A program made the position numbers and the translations under genes. Under the pieces are notes generated by a model. It had not been told where the DNA came from. It saw only the letters and a program-made list of their open reading frames with translations, and searched no databases. Of a stretch of DNA of 64,000 nt, positions 40,619 to 54,489 are shown piece after piece; position 1 is the stretch's first letter; the number at the start of each line of letters is the position of its first letter. The stretch covers positions 1,240,001 to 1,304,000 of the forward strand of contig NC_043018.1 of the NCBI RefSeq assembly GCF_006345805.1. The letters run 5' to 3'. This DNA is from Octopus sinensis (taxonomy: Eukaryota).

Positions 40619-40950
40619 ACAGGAGCAGCAGTAGCAACAGGAACCGTAGTAGTAGTAGTAGCAGCAGCAGTAGTAGTAGGACAGGAGTGATGGTACTGGT
40701 AGTAGTTGTAGTAGTAGCATCTGTAGTAGTCGTAGTTGGAGGAGGAGGAGGGTCAAGAAGAAGATGAAGAAGAGGTAGTAGTAGAAGAAGAAGAAGAAGT
40801 AGAAGAAGGAGAAGAAGAAGAAGAAGAAGAAGAGAAGAAGAAGAAGGAGAAGAAGAAGAAGAGAAAAAAAGGAAAAAAGAAGAAAGAAGAAGAAGAAGAA
40901 GAAGAAGAAGAAGAAGAAGAAAGAAGAAGAAGAAGAAGAAGAAGAAGAAG
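40540..40950. repeat. (AGT)n/(AGC)n/(AGA)n compound tract
   Basis: Direct inspection. Confidence 0.95.
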
Positions 40951-41771
40951 AAAAAGGACTGAAAAATCAACGAAAAAAAAAAAAACAGACGAAAGGACAG
41001 TGAAAAATACATACATTAAATAAAAGAAAGTTCTCGACAAGTAAGAGTTGTGAAAATGTTTAAAAATGGTGACTAGCCTCAGTTTTGACGGAAATAGTTT
41101 CATCCAATATGGTGAACTGAAAACAAAAATATACCACAACGTTACTTCATATAATTTTCATGTGTTCTGTTTTGTTATTATATTTCTTATTGTTCATTTT
41201 TTATTACTTTTACTACACACGGCCAAAGTTCTTCTAAGTTTAATATTCATTCCCAAAGATTAAAAATATATATTCTTTGCCGACTTGGAAGCACAAAATA
41301 TGAGAAGCAGGTGAATGGGGAAAAGAAAAAATTTGTGAAAAAAATTACGTTGTCAGACAGTGAAACCAAACGTATGCCTTTTATATATAGATGTGCTTGT
41401 TACGTATATATGCAAAAGTAGGTAAACACACACCCCACATACATACACACGCACAAATACACATACACACACAAAAACACACGTACACTCAAACCTATAT
41501 TAACACACATACACGCTGCCCTAACGGCCATTAATGTTTGTCTTCGTCGACTGTTTACACTCTACGTTCACTCTGTCATTGTTCGTTCGAAGCTCTAACA
41601 CTCCACGTTTTTTTTTATTTTTTAAATTTCTGGATGCTACTGTTTATGAAGGTTTCCATTGTTTTTCTTGAAAGCTCGAAATATGAACTAATCAACAGTC
41701 GACAAGTGAAGAAGTGTTAGACTTTTTCTGGTATTTTGTCCGTGGTTGTCTCTCGTTTATGCATATATATA

Positions 41772-41854
<83 letters not shown>

Positions 41855-41977
41855 CATACAAAAAGCAATAAAGATTCAAGTTAATTTAAATGAATTTACT
41901 TGAATATGGTACCTAACTTAGATGCACCAAAAAAAAACTATACTGTTTTAAAATACAGTAATGTGGGGTGATTATAA

Positions 41978-42492
41978 GCGAGAAAGAAGCAACAAGAATG
42001 GGTAGGTTTTTAGTACATCGTTTCATACAAGGACAGGCTTTATTAAAAGTTGTAAAAATTACAGCATATAAACGTGTCCCGTACTCATCAGCTAAAATAC
42101 ATGTGAGTTCTCTAGACATCCTAGTGGTTGAGGCTATACTCAGTAATGTAGATAATTAAGTAACATAAACAGATTTCCAAAGTTCATTAAAGTTCTTTAA
42201 AGATGATGTACAGTCTTATCACAGAATTTTAAAAAAGTTCTAATAGCATCACAGAGGTGACCTAATCCATAGAGCACATATGAATTGGAAATCTGTTTAT
42301 GTTACTTAATTATCTATATTACTTCATGAGTATAGCCTCAACCACTAGGATGTCTAGAGAACTCACATGTATTTTAGCTGATGAGTACGGGACACGTTTA
42401 TATGCTGTAATTTTTACAACTTTTAATAAAGCCTGTCCTTGTATGAAACGATTGTACTAAAAACCTACCCATTCTTGTTGCTTCTTTCTCGC
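41978..42492. mobile_element. Fold-back element with ~205-bp inverted arms and a 104-bp spacer
   Basis: 41978-42180 is near-identical to the reverse complement of 42285-42492. Confidence 0.8.
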
Positions 42493-42493
42493 G

Positions 42494-42535
<42 letters not shown>

Positions 42536-42596
42536 GCGAGAAAGAAGCAACAAGAATGGGTAGGTTTTAGTACAATCGTTTCATATATATATGTAT

Positions 42597-42883
42597 GGAG
42601 GCGCAATGGCCTAGTGGTTAGGGCAGCGGACTCGCGGTCGCAGGATCGCGGTTTCGATTCCCAGACCGGGCGTTGTGTGTGTTTATTGAGCGAAAACACC
42701 TAAAAGCTCCTCGAGGCTTCGACAGGGGGGGGGGTGATCCCTGCTGTACTCTTTCACAACTCTTTCTTCTGTTGGCCTGCTCGCTTAGCCAGCGGGGTGG
42801 CGTCATTCGAAGGCTAAATCAATGCGAACGCATTGTGACCAGCGATGTGTAACAACATCTGATGGCCTGGTCGGTCACGTGAT

Positions 42884-42890
<7 letters not shown>
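42597..42890 (+). mobile_element. SINE A, tail type 2
   Basis: Matches 15616-15918. Confidence 0.9.
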
Positions 42891-42917
<27 letters not shown>

Positions 42918-44469
42918 CGCGTCCGTCGTTACGTTCTCAGTTTAAATTTTGCTGAGGTCGACTTCGTTGTTCAACATTTAGTGGTCGACAGAATAAGTAC
43001 CTATTGAGCTAACCCTCATCCTCCTTACCCATTCAGGTAACGCTCTTCCCGGATGCTGCTGGTCTTGTGTAAAAACCAATATTGGCTTCAATATAGATCT
43101 GAGTGCTGTCTCGTCACATAGTTCTATATAAACCGTAGTGATCTGAACTTTAACAGTGCATGTGATGCACCACCCCTTATATACACAGCTTTCTATGATT
43201 TAATAAAATGAAATTTCTAAATCTTTTCTTCATTCTTTTAATTGTAATTTTTATTTCCACAAATTGTTATTATTTTCAAATTAATCACATTTTATTTAAT
43301 TTACGTGTTAATTTCAATTCACAAATTATTATTTTGGGGGTGAGCACATCAAACAAGTTATATAAACAAAGGAAATAAAATATACATAAAGGAAAAAAAC
43401 AGGTATTGTAGGGTGATTTGTTTTCTAAATCTCTTATAAATGTACATTAAATGCATTTCAATTTAAAATATTACATTAAAATTAGAATGAAAACAATTAT
43501 GATTTTGATTAAGTCAGGAAGTCATTTTTCTTTAAAAGCATATAGAAGTGTTATATTAATAGCTTATCACTTGTCCTAAATTATCTAAAATAAGCCAATA
43601 AATTTACGAAAGACTATCGACAATTTGGAAACCTCTCTAGTATTTTATATATCAGGAATGCAATCTTAACACTGGCAGTTGTTATTACCATTTTAATATC
43701 GTATATGAGAATAATTCGACTAATGGTTTCGTTTGTATCCACCTCTTTCTCATCAGTAGGCATTAAATTTTCTCACCATTGGCATCTGGTCATTTTCTGT
43801 AGTCGTGAAACGTTACAGTGCTTGATAAGCATTATTAGTCTTTTATTATTAACAGGACGTGGTATCATTATGTGCAGTTTTGTATCCTATGTTATCGCTG
43901 TTTCTTTACGATCGAAGTGAAAGACACTGTCAAATATAAACATGAACGTCGTAAACTTCTTCACCTTCAGGCTGTCATAGAGAACATAAATGCATTACAG
44001 TGAATAGTTCATTGCACCTCCCAACATTCGTTATATGACATCATACATAAACATTAAACTAGATGTACGCAACCACACGTCAAGCACACGTGCACACGCT
44101 CATATAATCAGATACGCATACACAAACACACACGCGGATGTAAGTACGAATGGGTGCTTCAATACGAGTGTACATGCATACACATCGCCCATATAAAATA
44201 TGCATACACACACACAAACACACACATATATATATTTATAATGGTTGTGTGCCTGTATGCATGCATTTACACATATACAGACACACGCACGCGTGTATAT
44301 ATAGCTGCGTGTGTCCGTGTGTACATAAGTATGTATACCTATATATATATATATGTAGACACGTACATATAGTGGTACCTGTGTGTGTCTGTATGCGTGT
44401 ACGTCCGTGCATGTGTGCGTATATGCATTCATGTATTTATACACACGTAGATATTAGCGTAGACACGTA

Positions 44470-44651
44470 AACATTACTATATAATTATACGTACATGTAT
44501 ATACATATATATATGTACATATATGCATATATATATACGTATATATATATACATATATATATACACATATATATATGTATGCATATATATATAATACATA
44601 TATATATATGTATGTGCATATATGCATATATATATATGTATATATATATAT

Positions 44652-44703
<52 letters not shown>

Positions 44704-44782
44704 CATATATATACACATATATATATGTATGCATATATATATAATACATATATATATATATGTATGTGCATATATGCATATA

Positions 44783-44814
<32 letters not shown>

Positions 44815-44914
44815 GTACATATATGCATATATATACGTATATATATATATAATACATATATATATACACATATATATATGTATGCATATATATATAATAC
44901 ATATATATATAATA

Positions 44915-44946
<32 letters not shown>

Positions 44947-44955
44947 CTCACGCAC

Positions 44956-45038
<83 letters not shown>

Positions 45039-45040
45039 AT

Positions 45041-45076
<36 letters not shown>
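44470..45076. repeat. Complex (TA)-rich tract with higher-order repeats
   Basis: Recurring TACACATATATATATGTATGCATATATATATAATAC blocks. Confidence 0.9.
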
Positions 45077-45079
<3 letters not shown>

Positions 45080-45644
45080 CTCTTTCGTTGCGATCACAAC
45101 TAGATTACATAGAATACGTTTAAAAAATATTAGAAATTTCTTGACGGAAACTATATTTATTACAAACTACACCGTAAAATTTTCTCACAGAGTTAGCTCG
45201 ACCTATTCAGAAATTTAAGCTCGGTTACTAAAGCGAAACTAATTTCCTGATTGCTGAAATAAATCTTACATTAACGTTCAAAATTTCTAATCCATTGATG
45301 CCGATATCTTTATTATTTTCCACAAATTTATTGCCAAATATATTCTTGTCTATAGTAAGAGCTGTGATATCTCGTTTATATTAACCGCAATGATATCTTG
45401 TCTAGAGTGACTATAGTGATATTTTGTTCTTCTTGCCGACTAGTGTAGGACAAAATGCTTTTCAAATCTCATATATTATGTTTGCGCCTCAGTAAAATAG
45501 GAGCGTATGCACACGAAGGTAGGTGATGCACGTATAACTTTGAGGATATTCGTCACCTTTACTCAGCCCATATGTAAAAATAATTCTAGAAACGCTATTG
45601 TTAGTTATTGAAGTCATATTCTGTAGATAGTGGCATTAATATTG

Positions 45645-45970
45645 TTCTTTTATTCTTGCTTCAGTTATCTGACTGTAGCCATGCTGGAGCACCGCCTTGA
45701 AGAATCGACCCCAGTACATATTTTCTGTAGTTAAGTATGGAGTTTATTAGGGGGAGGTAAACGCACCACCACCGGTTGTAAAACTGTGATGGAGACAAAG
45801 AAACGCACATAAGACGGTCTTCTTTCAGTTTCCCTTTACTAAATCCAGAGCCAAAGATTTGCCCGGTTTGAGACTATAGTAGAAGAAATTTTCAAGGTAC
45901 CACGTTACGGGACTGAACCCGCAACCATGTGGTTGGGAAGCAAACGTCTTACTTCACAGCCATGTTTGCG
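45645..45970 (-). mobile_element. Old SINE B lacking an expanded internal microsatellite
   Basis: Diverged head and tail. Confidence 0.75.
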
Positions 45971-46595
45971 TCTGTTATGAAATTGAAATATTTACCTTCT
46001 CTGGATTTGGACTGAGAACACGCACCACATATGTAAAGTCTTTGTCTGAACGAGTTACGCCCGTGTGCATTTAGGACTCACTCGTTGTAAACGTTACATC
46101 TGGAATATAAAACCTTGAAGATATATATATGCTGTAGTTGGAGATACTATTCCTGTGTGCATTTAGATAATTCCTTCATGAAGAAACACGTTTCGAAGTT
46201 TCTAAAATGACATGTACAGTAATCTGAACAATTAATCCTGGATAGCACGATTATGTGTTTTCCTAGAGGACCAAACTCAAGGCGATAGTAATCAAAGGTA
46301 GATTTCGTTAAAATATTTTTACCTTTCTCACATTACTCTAATGCATCTATCCCTTGAGAGTTCATGCTTCAGAAGGAAACGAAATGTAGTAGGCCTGAGA
46401 TAGACAGATAGATATACAGACAAATAGATAGAAAGGTAGTATGAGAAAGGAAATCTGTCGCAGTGGCTTCCAAGAGAACTATAAATCCAGTAAACCTCAG
46501 TGAAGCCCCACAACAGAAGTAAATGTGATGGTGGATCGTTGCAGCTTGTAGTGTTCATCTCTTCTTGAAGATTGATATCGATTTGGTCTACTCAC

Positions 46596-46868
46596 GGTGA
46601 GGCACAATGGCCCAGTGGTTAGGGCAGCGGACTCGCGGTCGTAGGATCGCGGTTTCGAGTCCCAGACCGGGCGTTGTGAGTGTTTATTGAGCGAAAACAC
46701 CTAAAGCTTGTCACTCTCTGTGTCACGCTGAATATCCCCGAGAACTACGTTGAGGGTACACGTGTCTGTGGAGTGCTCAGCCACTTACACGTTAATTTCA
46801 CGAGCAGGCTGTTCCGTTGATTCGGATCAACCGGAACCCTCATCGTCGTAACCGACGGAGTGCTTCCA
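46596..46868 (+). mobile_element. SINE A tail type 1 with a ~120-bp internal deletion
   Basis: CACCTAAAGC is joined directly to TTGTCACTCTCTG. Confidence 0.88.
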
Positions 46869-47405
46869 CCTGTTATATTGCAAAAATAGTGTTGGCAGTT
46901 TAGTATTGCTGACGGCTTAGTATTCGACAAGCTGACAATGGGTTTGGTTGTATTCGTTGACATGTCTGCTGGCTGCAGATTTATTTTCATCTTATCTGTC
47001 ACTATATCTTTGAAACAATTCGGTGGTCCGTGGAACAGTTGCAGCAAAGTGTAGGAAATAGCATGATGTATTTTATCCGATATCCATGGGGACTGTGAGA
47101 TTTTTCTTTTCATTTCATTTGGATGAAAGAGTGTTTCTCCACACAAATGTTATCAGCGTGTGTTTATGTAAAACATTAACATGACACATTAATACATACA
47201 CGCACATGTACATTGTATACCATGTTTGTATGTATTCGTATATATGTGCATAGACATATAAGCATACACCCACAAGTACACTTTTGGCTTCTTTTATCCT
47301 TTTATGTGTTTTTAGCTATTTGACTGCGGGTGTGCTGCAGCACCGCCTTAAAGTGTTTTTGTCGAAAAAAATCGACCCCGGGACTTTTTACCATCTTTCA
47401 TTTGC

Positions 47406-47469
<64 letters not shown>

Positions 47470-47549
47470 TCCCGGGTGAGTCGGGGTTAACAACAGTAAA
47501 TAAGGTACTCAATACATAGCAGAGTAAATTAATTTATTTTATAGAAGGA

Positions 47550-47597
47550 GCTTCTACAGGACTAGAACTGTTTCATTCAAAAGAAATCATCAGGAAG
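47550..47597 (-). ncRNA. Type I hammerhead-like motif (minus-strand copy)
   Basis: CUUC-CUGAUGA-UUUC(UUUU)GAAU-GAAA-CAG(UUCUAGUC)CUG-UA-GAAG. Confidence 0.5.
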
Positions 47598-47609
47598 AAA
47601 TCATCAGGT

Positions 47610-47657
47610 GCTTCCTGATGATTTCTTTGAATGAAACAGTTCTAGTCCTGTAGAAGC
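47610..47657 (+). ncRNA. Type I hammerhead-like motif (plus-strand copy)
   Basis: GCUUC-CUGAUGA-UUUC(UUU)GAAU-GAAA-CAG(UUCUAGUC)CUG-UA/GAAGC; predicted cut at 47652/47653; stem II has a U-U at its base. Confidence 0.55.
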
Positions 47658-47667
47658 TCCTTCTATA

Positions 47668-47751
<84 letters not shown>

Positions 47752-47877
47752 ATATATATATATTATAGCCTCGGGCCGACCGAAGCCTTGTGAGTGGAGT
47801 TGGTAGAGAGAAACTGAAAGAAGCTCGTCGTGTGTATGTATGCGTGTATATATGTATATATCTATCTATATATACAC

Positions 47878-47927
<50 letters not shown>

Positions 47928-47958
47928 TATATATATATATATATACATATATAAATAT

Positions 47959-48029
<71 letters not shown>

Positions 48030-48033
<4 letters not shown>

Positions 48034-49850
48034 TCAACGAATGTGGAATAATATTGTAAGCTTTACTATAATCAATGCAGTTCGTTTGCATATTTTTTGG
48101 TAACTCTGGATTTTCTTCTACGACTTCTTTGTTCCATTGGTAAAATCCCATTAAGATCAAGAAATCTGTGTACATTTCTAATGAAGTCCCTCCTGACAGT
48201 AAAATCCATATTAACAGAAAACAAGGAATTGGCTTGTAATTGTCGACAGCGTTTCCTTTCGATACATCAGTCAATCACAACACCGTTAGTCGTTTGGTTA
48301 ACCGATCTGAAATATCTTCGGCTGGATCAGTCTCTACAATCAACTTATGACACCGACTGAACATTTTTTTATCCAAAATACCAACACACCATCAGGTTCT
48401 ACCGCTCTCCAACTTTTCATATTTATTCTCACATTACTGATACTATCTTCGGTAAAGAGAAAAGCTTCTTGCTAGAGATAAAGAAGTGGTTTGATTCAGA
48501 CTGCAGGATCGTATTATTCCTGTTTGCTCTATATTTCACCCAAATCCATCGACTTTCATCTGTATGCTAAATCATCGTTAATTTCTTAATAAATTCATCT
48601 TTGGTCGATTCTAAACAATCAGTTTTACAGCTAATATTTAATCCGTTGCACAAGCCTAGTTAGTTTCGCTTTCTTTGCAAATATGCACAGCTTTAGCTCT
48701 TCAATCAGAACATTCAGTCTTTTGTGTCAACTCAATACTCTTTACTCTCTCATTTACTTATTTCAGTCATTTGACTGCGGCTATGCTGGAGCACCGCCTT
48801 TAGTCGAGCAAATCGACCCCAGGACTTATTCTTTGTAAGCCCAGTACTTATTCTATCGGTCTCTTTTGCCGAACCGCTAAGTGACGGGGACGTAAACACA
48901 CCAGCATCGGTTGTCAAGCAATGCTAGGGAGACAAACACAGACACACAAACACACACACACACATATATATATACGTATATACGACAGGCTTCTTTCAGT
49001 TTCCCGTCTACCAAATCCACTCACAAGGCATTGGTCGGCCCGGGGCTATAGCAGAAGACACTTGCCCAAGATGCCACGCAGTGGGACTGAACCCGGAACC
49101 ATGTGGTTGGTTAGCAAGCTACTTACCACACAGCCACTCAATACGTCTTCACTTTCTCAAACCTAAGATCATTTTTCAATTCTCCTTTACTTTTCCTATC
49201 AAGTATTGGCACGTCACTGTTTTGAGAGCTTATAGCTTCTGATATTCCCACTTTCCACCAAGGTGGTTTATTTCCTTTTCTTTCAATGTTCGGTTTCCAT
49301 TGATCTTCAATCCACTTCTTTGTGCAACATTCCTACTTGCAGCCCTGATGTTTGTGTGATCTTCTTTGTTTCAATGTATTTCAATATATTATTGACTTTC
49401 CTTGCTTCTTGATTTAACCTCTATTGTTCAGCCTTCTTGAAGTCACACATAAATTCTGTCCCTTCTGCATTTGATAGATCCCAAAACCTCTTCATTATCA
49501 TCTAGTCTTCATCGATTAGATGTTCTCTTATTTCTATTCTTTCACCACTCACACCAGTATATTCTTGTTTTCAATTGCCCATTTCTTTCAATATGCCAGT
49601 TTCGTTTCTCATATGCTCAGCACTGCTAGGTATCCATCTTTTGATAGCTTCTAACTCCGATTGAAATAACCACCAATTTTTCCGTATCGCTCTTGCTTGA
49701 TCACATTATCTCTGTTCTGTAGCTTCAAACAGTTCCATACCCTCTTATTCCTTTGTATTCGTTGTCTTATCCTCTAAACGTAAGCCATTTGCCTCTACTG
49801 GAATGTTCCGACAAAAGCACTCCATCATTATCATATTTACTTGTTTATTC
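48030..49850 (-). mobile_element. R4/Dong-like LINE, decayed N-terminal and RT region, interrupted by SINE B
   Basis: TEQR*CDQARAIRKNWWL..ELEAIKR, MKSWRAVEPDGV..FWIKK, KGNAVDNYKPIPC and [14 protein letters not shown]. Confidence 0.85.
48739..49135 (-). mobile_element. SINE B, near full length, 9-bp TSD ACTCAATAC
   Basis: ACTCAATAC at 48730-48738 and 49136-49144. Confidence 0.92.
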
Positions 49851-50089
49851 TAATTTAGTCTCGAGGCAAGGCCGGAAATTCTGGTTTATGACCTAGCCCA
49901 AATTCCCCTGGATACCAAATTACAAAATTTAATTAGAGTGTGGTTTCCCCTTTTGTTGGGGCAGTAGTTGGATCTATTAAGAAGTATTGAGGAATCATCA
50001 TTTTTTTTTAACAAATAGTTTTTCAGTAACTTAGTTTTCTACACATTTCCTGCATATCATTGTGTATCTCACTTAAATTTAACTTTTGA

Positions 50090-52035
50090 GGCGTGGAGTT
50101 GAAATTCAATCTAATTTCCCTTATAACTTACTCTCAAATCCAAAATTCGAAACAAATAAAAGCCCAGAAGAATGGGAAATCATTAATGATGTCAAGGATA
50201 ATCATAAAACAGATCCAAAAGAACCTGATATGGGGAGTGTTGTTGTCACAATGGAGTCACATCAATACATAAATACTACCTCCGTCAAGACAATACATAC
50301 TACGACAAAATCGAAAACAAAAGTCTGTTCAAAATAATGACAAAGCTTGCTACTCTTATCCATAGGTTCCAACAAGATTTAACGGGAAAGGAAAGGGGTT
50401 ACTTAAAATTTTATTGCAAGACCAGAAAGTTTTACGTATTCTTAAACATGCGGAAAAGTGAAAACTTGAATGAAGCCTGTAGCAGATCAGCTTCTTTAAA
50501 CATTAATATTCGACATCAGAGAGATCACAGAATTAGGCCAACTGTGGTCAGCTCTTCCTGTAACGTCACTGTCGTCGTCCTAAGGCGTCTTCTTCAGCAT
50601 ATTGCGAGTTTCGTAAGAGATAACCGGGACTTTTTAAACCTTATTCCGAGCAAAACCAGTATGAACACTCTTTTGGTTTCATTGGATGTAATACACATTT
50701 AAGCCTCGACTCCTCACGAATACGGAATAGTAGCTATACAGGTTTGGCTAGAATAATCCTGAATGACATTCTAGACAGAAATGGAATAGGATACATCATG
50801 GAGGGACTAAAATTCATCCTACAAAATAACTTATTAACGTCAACGAAAACACCATCAGACAAAAATCTGGTACTGCAATGGGAACTAAAGTAACCAATAC
50901 TTTTGCAAGCCTTGTAGTGGCATACTTGGAAATGCAAGTATACGAACATCTTAGATTGCAATTTGGTGACCACGTCCACAAATACTTACTCGCCAACTGG
51001 ATACGCTACCTGAGGGACTTTCCTATTTTGTGGTCACATGACCTGGAAAACTCTTGGAATTTAAAATTTGATTAACAATATTTAACAATATTAACCACAG
51101 TATTCAATTTACTATGGAACAAAATCACAAGAGGCTACACTTTCGGACATATTAATCATAAAAAGTGATCCTGTCATAGAAACAGATATCTCCTTTAAAC
51201 CATTGAACTCAAAACATCTATTATTCTCGTCTTGTCATCCCAAACATACTACAATCAATATACCTTTTAGCATGACAAGAAGAATTTTCACGATTGTATC
51301 AAATCCCGAAGCTCAATATGAACAAAAACAAGAAATTTGTAAAAATTACATGAGAGAAAATAGCCGGTTAGTTTAAGCGAAATGGGAGGAGAATGTACAA
51401 AAACGATAGATATCCAAGAATTACGAAAAACTAAAACATCTCCTGACACACGTAAAACTTTGTCACACTTATCAACACACAATCGAAGGAAATTGGAAGC
51501 TTACAACACATCCATCAGAATATCCTCCCCGCGCGGAACGACCTGTCAATGTAAATGCTCACGAAGTACAGAAAATTAAGACAACACATATCTCTAAAAA
51601 AGGTTATTAACAGCGTCAAATTATCCATCAAGAAACAACCTGGCTAGTTAATAAATGCAACTGCCATAAATGCAGAATCTGCATAACCATAATTTCCGCT
51701 TCGATATATGAAATCAAGTCATGCCAAATATTCAACATAAAGAATCACTCCTCCTGTGCATCGAAGAACTTAATCTATGTTCAAAATATGGTAGCTGTGA
51801 TGGGTCTACATAAGTCAAACAAGCTTGAATTTGAAGAACAGACTGACAGTACTAAGGCAAAAGATTCAGGACCCCACAACCAAGAAAATTCCTGTAAGTA
51901 AACGCTTAGATCAATGCCTTGGAAACATAAATCCGAAATAACAGATTTTATTTTATTTTCCAATGCATCGGAAACACGTCAGCGCAATTCCGATTAGATA
52001 AGGAAAATATGTTCATTAAATACAAACCCAAACTA
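50090..52035 (+). mobile_element. Penelope-like element, decayed RT plus GIY-YIG endonuclease region
   Basis: GLKFILQNN, QKSGTAMGTKVTNTFASLVVAYLE, WIRYLRD, NINHSIQFTME, SSCHPKH..NIPFS and CASKNLIYV. Confidence 0.85.
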
Positions 52036-52253
52036 AATAACCTATAATAACACACCAGAGCAAGAAAACCAAATTTAAGTACATAAAACGATCAGAGATA
52101 CCAGATATAAATCGGAAAGTTGAAGTAACAGGGTTCCTCAGGTTTAGTCTCATGTGATGTCAGTATAAGTTGTTTCAGCAGACGTATGCACATATGCACA
52201 CAACCATTTGAAATTGCCGGCCGAAAATCCTCGTGCGATATGGTCAAAATACC

Positions 52254-52485
52254 TATTTCTTTACTACCCACAAGGGGCTAAACACAGAGGGGACAAACAA
52301 GGACAGATAAAAGGATTAAGTCCATTATATTGACCCCCAGTGCGTAACTGGTACTTAATTTATCGACCCCGGAAGGATGAAAGGCAAAGTGGACCTCGGC
52401 GGAATTTGAACTCAGGACGTAGCAGCAGACGAAATACCGGTCAGCATTTCACCCGGCGTGCTAACGTCTCTGCCGGCTCGCCGCC
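52254..52485 (-). mobile_element. SINE C, full length
   Basis: Reverse complement of 15945-16174. Confidence 0.9.
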
Positions 52486-53117
52486 TACCGCAGTGAATAT
52501 GATGACGAAGTAAATATATAAACTTATATAAATAAGGATAAGATCGTTATTTAGAATACCGATCATATCAGGTAGTTAGCATGGGAATAAAAGCCAGATA
52601 AGTAATAATTATTATTAAAATTATAATTAAATAATTAAAGGTCTCTAAGAGATACCACCATGCTAGAAATAGCAGCCAAAACTTGACTCTAAAACCACAT
52701 TAAATGTTCATAAAGCACAAGGAGAGGGGAAAGAGACAAAATATACCAGGAAAAAACTTGTGGAATATATGCAAAATAGTACATAAATACAAATATATAT
52801 ATATATATCAATCAATATAAGGGTAACAAAAAATTCAAGAAAAATTTTCTGCAACCAGCGGTCAAGTGAGAAAATAGAGATAGTCACAGACTATATAATA
52901 TATTCAACAAATAATTAAGGAATGACCCTGAGAAGGTCGTTCGACTCATATATATATATATATATATATATATACGACATACATACGAATACTTACATAT
53001 ACGCACGAATTTATGTACAATAAACAAATACTTACATATACTCACGTATTTATGTATTATATTGCGTATATTCTACTGATGAAGGCAAAGTATTTCTTAT
53101 GCCGAACCAGAAATCTG

Positions 53118-53487
53118 CTATCACAATTATAAATATTTATAGGCCGGTAACATTAAGAAATCAATTCGTAAATAAACGAAAACCTCGAATGTATCACTGT
53201 ACACACACACATGCACACACCCACACAGACGCATAATCGCACACACGCGCGCAGACACACACATGCACTTACAACGCGCACAGACATACACTCGAGATAC
53301 GTAGAGATATACATCGATTATATATATATTATCTCAACTAATTTCGGGTGTGTCGGCGCGCGTTGTGTGTGCGCGTGTGTATGCGTGTATGTGTGTGTGT
53401 TTGTACAGTAATGGATTCGAGGGTTTCGTTTATTTATGAGTTGATTTCTTAATTTCACTGGAGTATAAATACCTGTAATGGTGATAG
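53118..53487. repeat. Diverged fold-back (~85-bp arms) enclosing (CA)n...(TA)n...(TG)n
   Basis: 53118-53203 matches the reverse complement of 53402-53487. Confidence 0.75.
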
Positions 53488-53544
53488 TTAAAGAGAAAAA
53501 TTTAAATCGAACTTACAAATTTATATATATATATATATATATAT

Positions 53545-53580
<36 letters not shown>

Positions 53581-53581
<1 letters not shown>

Positions 53582-53599
53582 CAGGTGAGAGAGAAGAAG

Positions 53600-53630
<31 letters not shown>

Positions 53631-54449
53631 GATTGTATGCCGCCATGTATGTGTGCATATACATATATATATGTATATATATATGTAATTAAATATATAT
53701 ATCTAATTATATGTATATATGTATATATAGATATATATATATATATTATATATATATATATATATATAATATATATATATATATGATTGTATGCCGCCAT
53801 GTATGTGTGCATATACATATATATATGTATATATATATATACAGGGACAGAAAAACGGACGATGCCACATGAATATAAAACACAAAAAACAATAATGGTA
53901 AAAACAGGACAAAAAACAGTACAAGTTTAGCTGGCGTATTTTGAAAAAAATGCCTTTATCGGCAGACGAAGACAACAGATGTTCTCACGGCAGTGGTCGG
54001 AGGCCAAAAGGCTGATTTTGACCAGCGGTCACGTTAGAGAAGTGAGAGAAAAGAAAGGGGGCAAAGGAAACAAAGAGATAAAGAAAGAGGGACGAAGACA
54101 ATAAAGGGGGAGAAGAGAGAGAAAGAAGGAATTAAAGAGGGGAGAAGAAAGAGTGCGTGCAAGGAGGGCTAGTGAGTGCAAGGTGAGAAAGACAGAGAAT
54201 TGTGAGAGAGTGGGGGGAAGAGTAGACCAAAGAATCAGAGGCAAGAAAAGAGAAAAGGAGAAGTAGGAGAGAGAGAGAGAGAGAGGAGACCCAGGTGAGA
54301 GAGAAGAAGATATATATATATATATATATATATAATATGATTGTATGCCGCCATGTATGTGTGCATATACATATATATATGTATATATATATATGTAATT
54401 AAATATATATATCTAATTATATGTATATATGTATATATAGATATATATA

Positions 54450-54489
<40 letters not shown>

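Noticed and set aside
41066-41110. TSLSFDGNSFIQY, resembling the start of a laminin-G domain
   Set aside because: In-frame stops upstream, no usable acceptor or donor, no further LamG motifs
53076-53120. CUGAUGAAGGCA...UGCCGAAC hammerhead-like motif
   Set aside because: GAAA is mutated, there is no UH triplet and no stem I; not called functional
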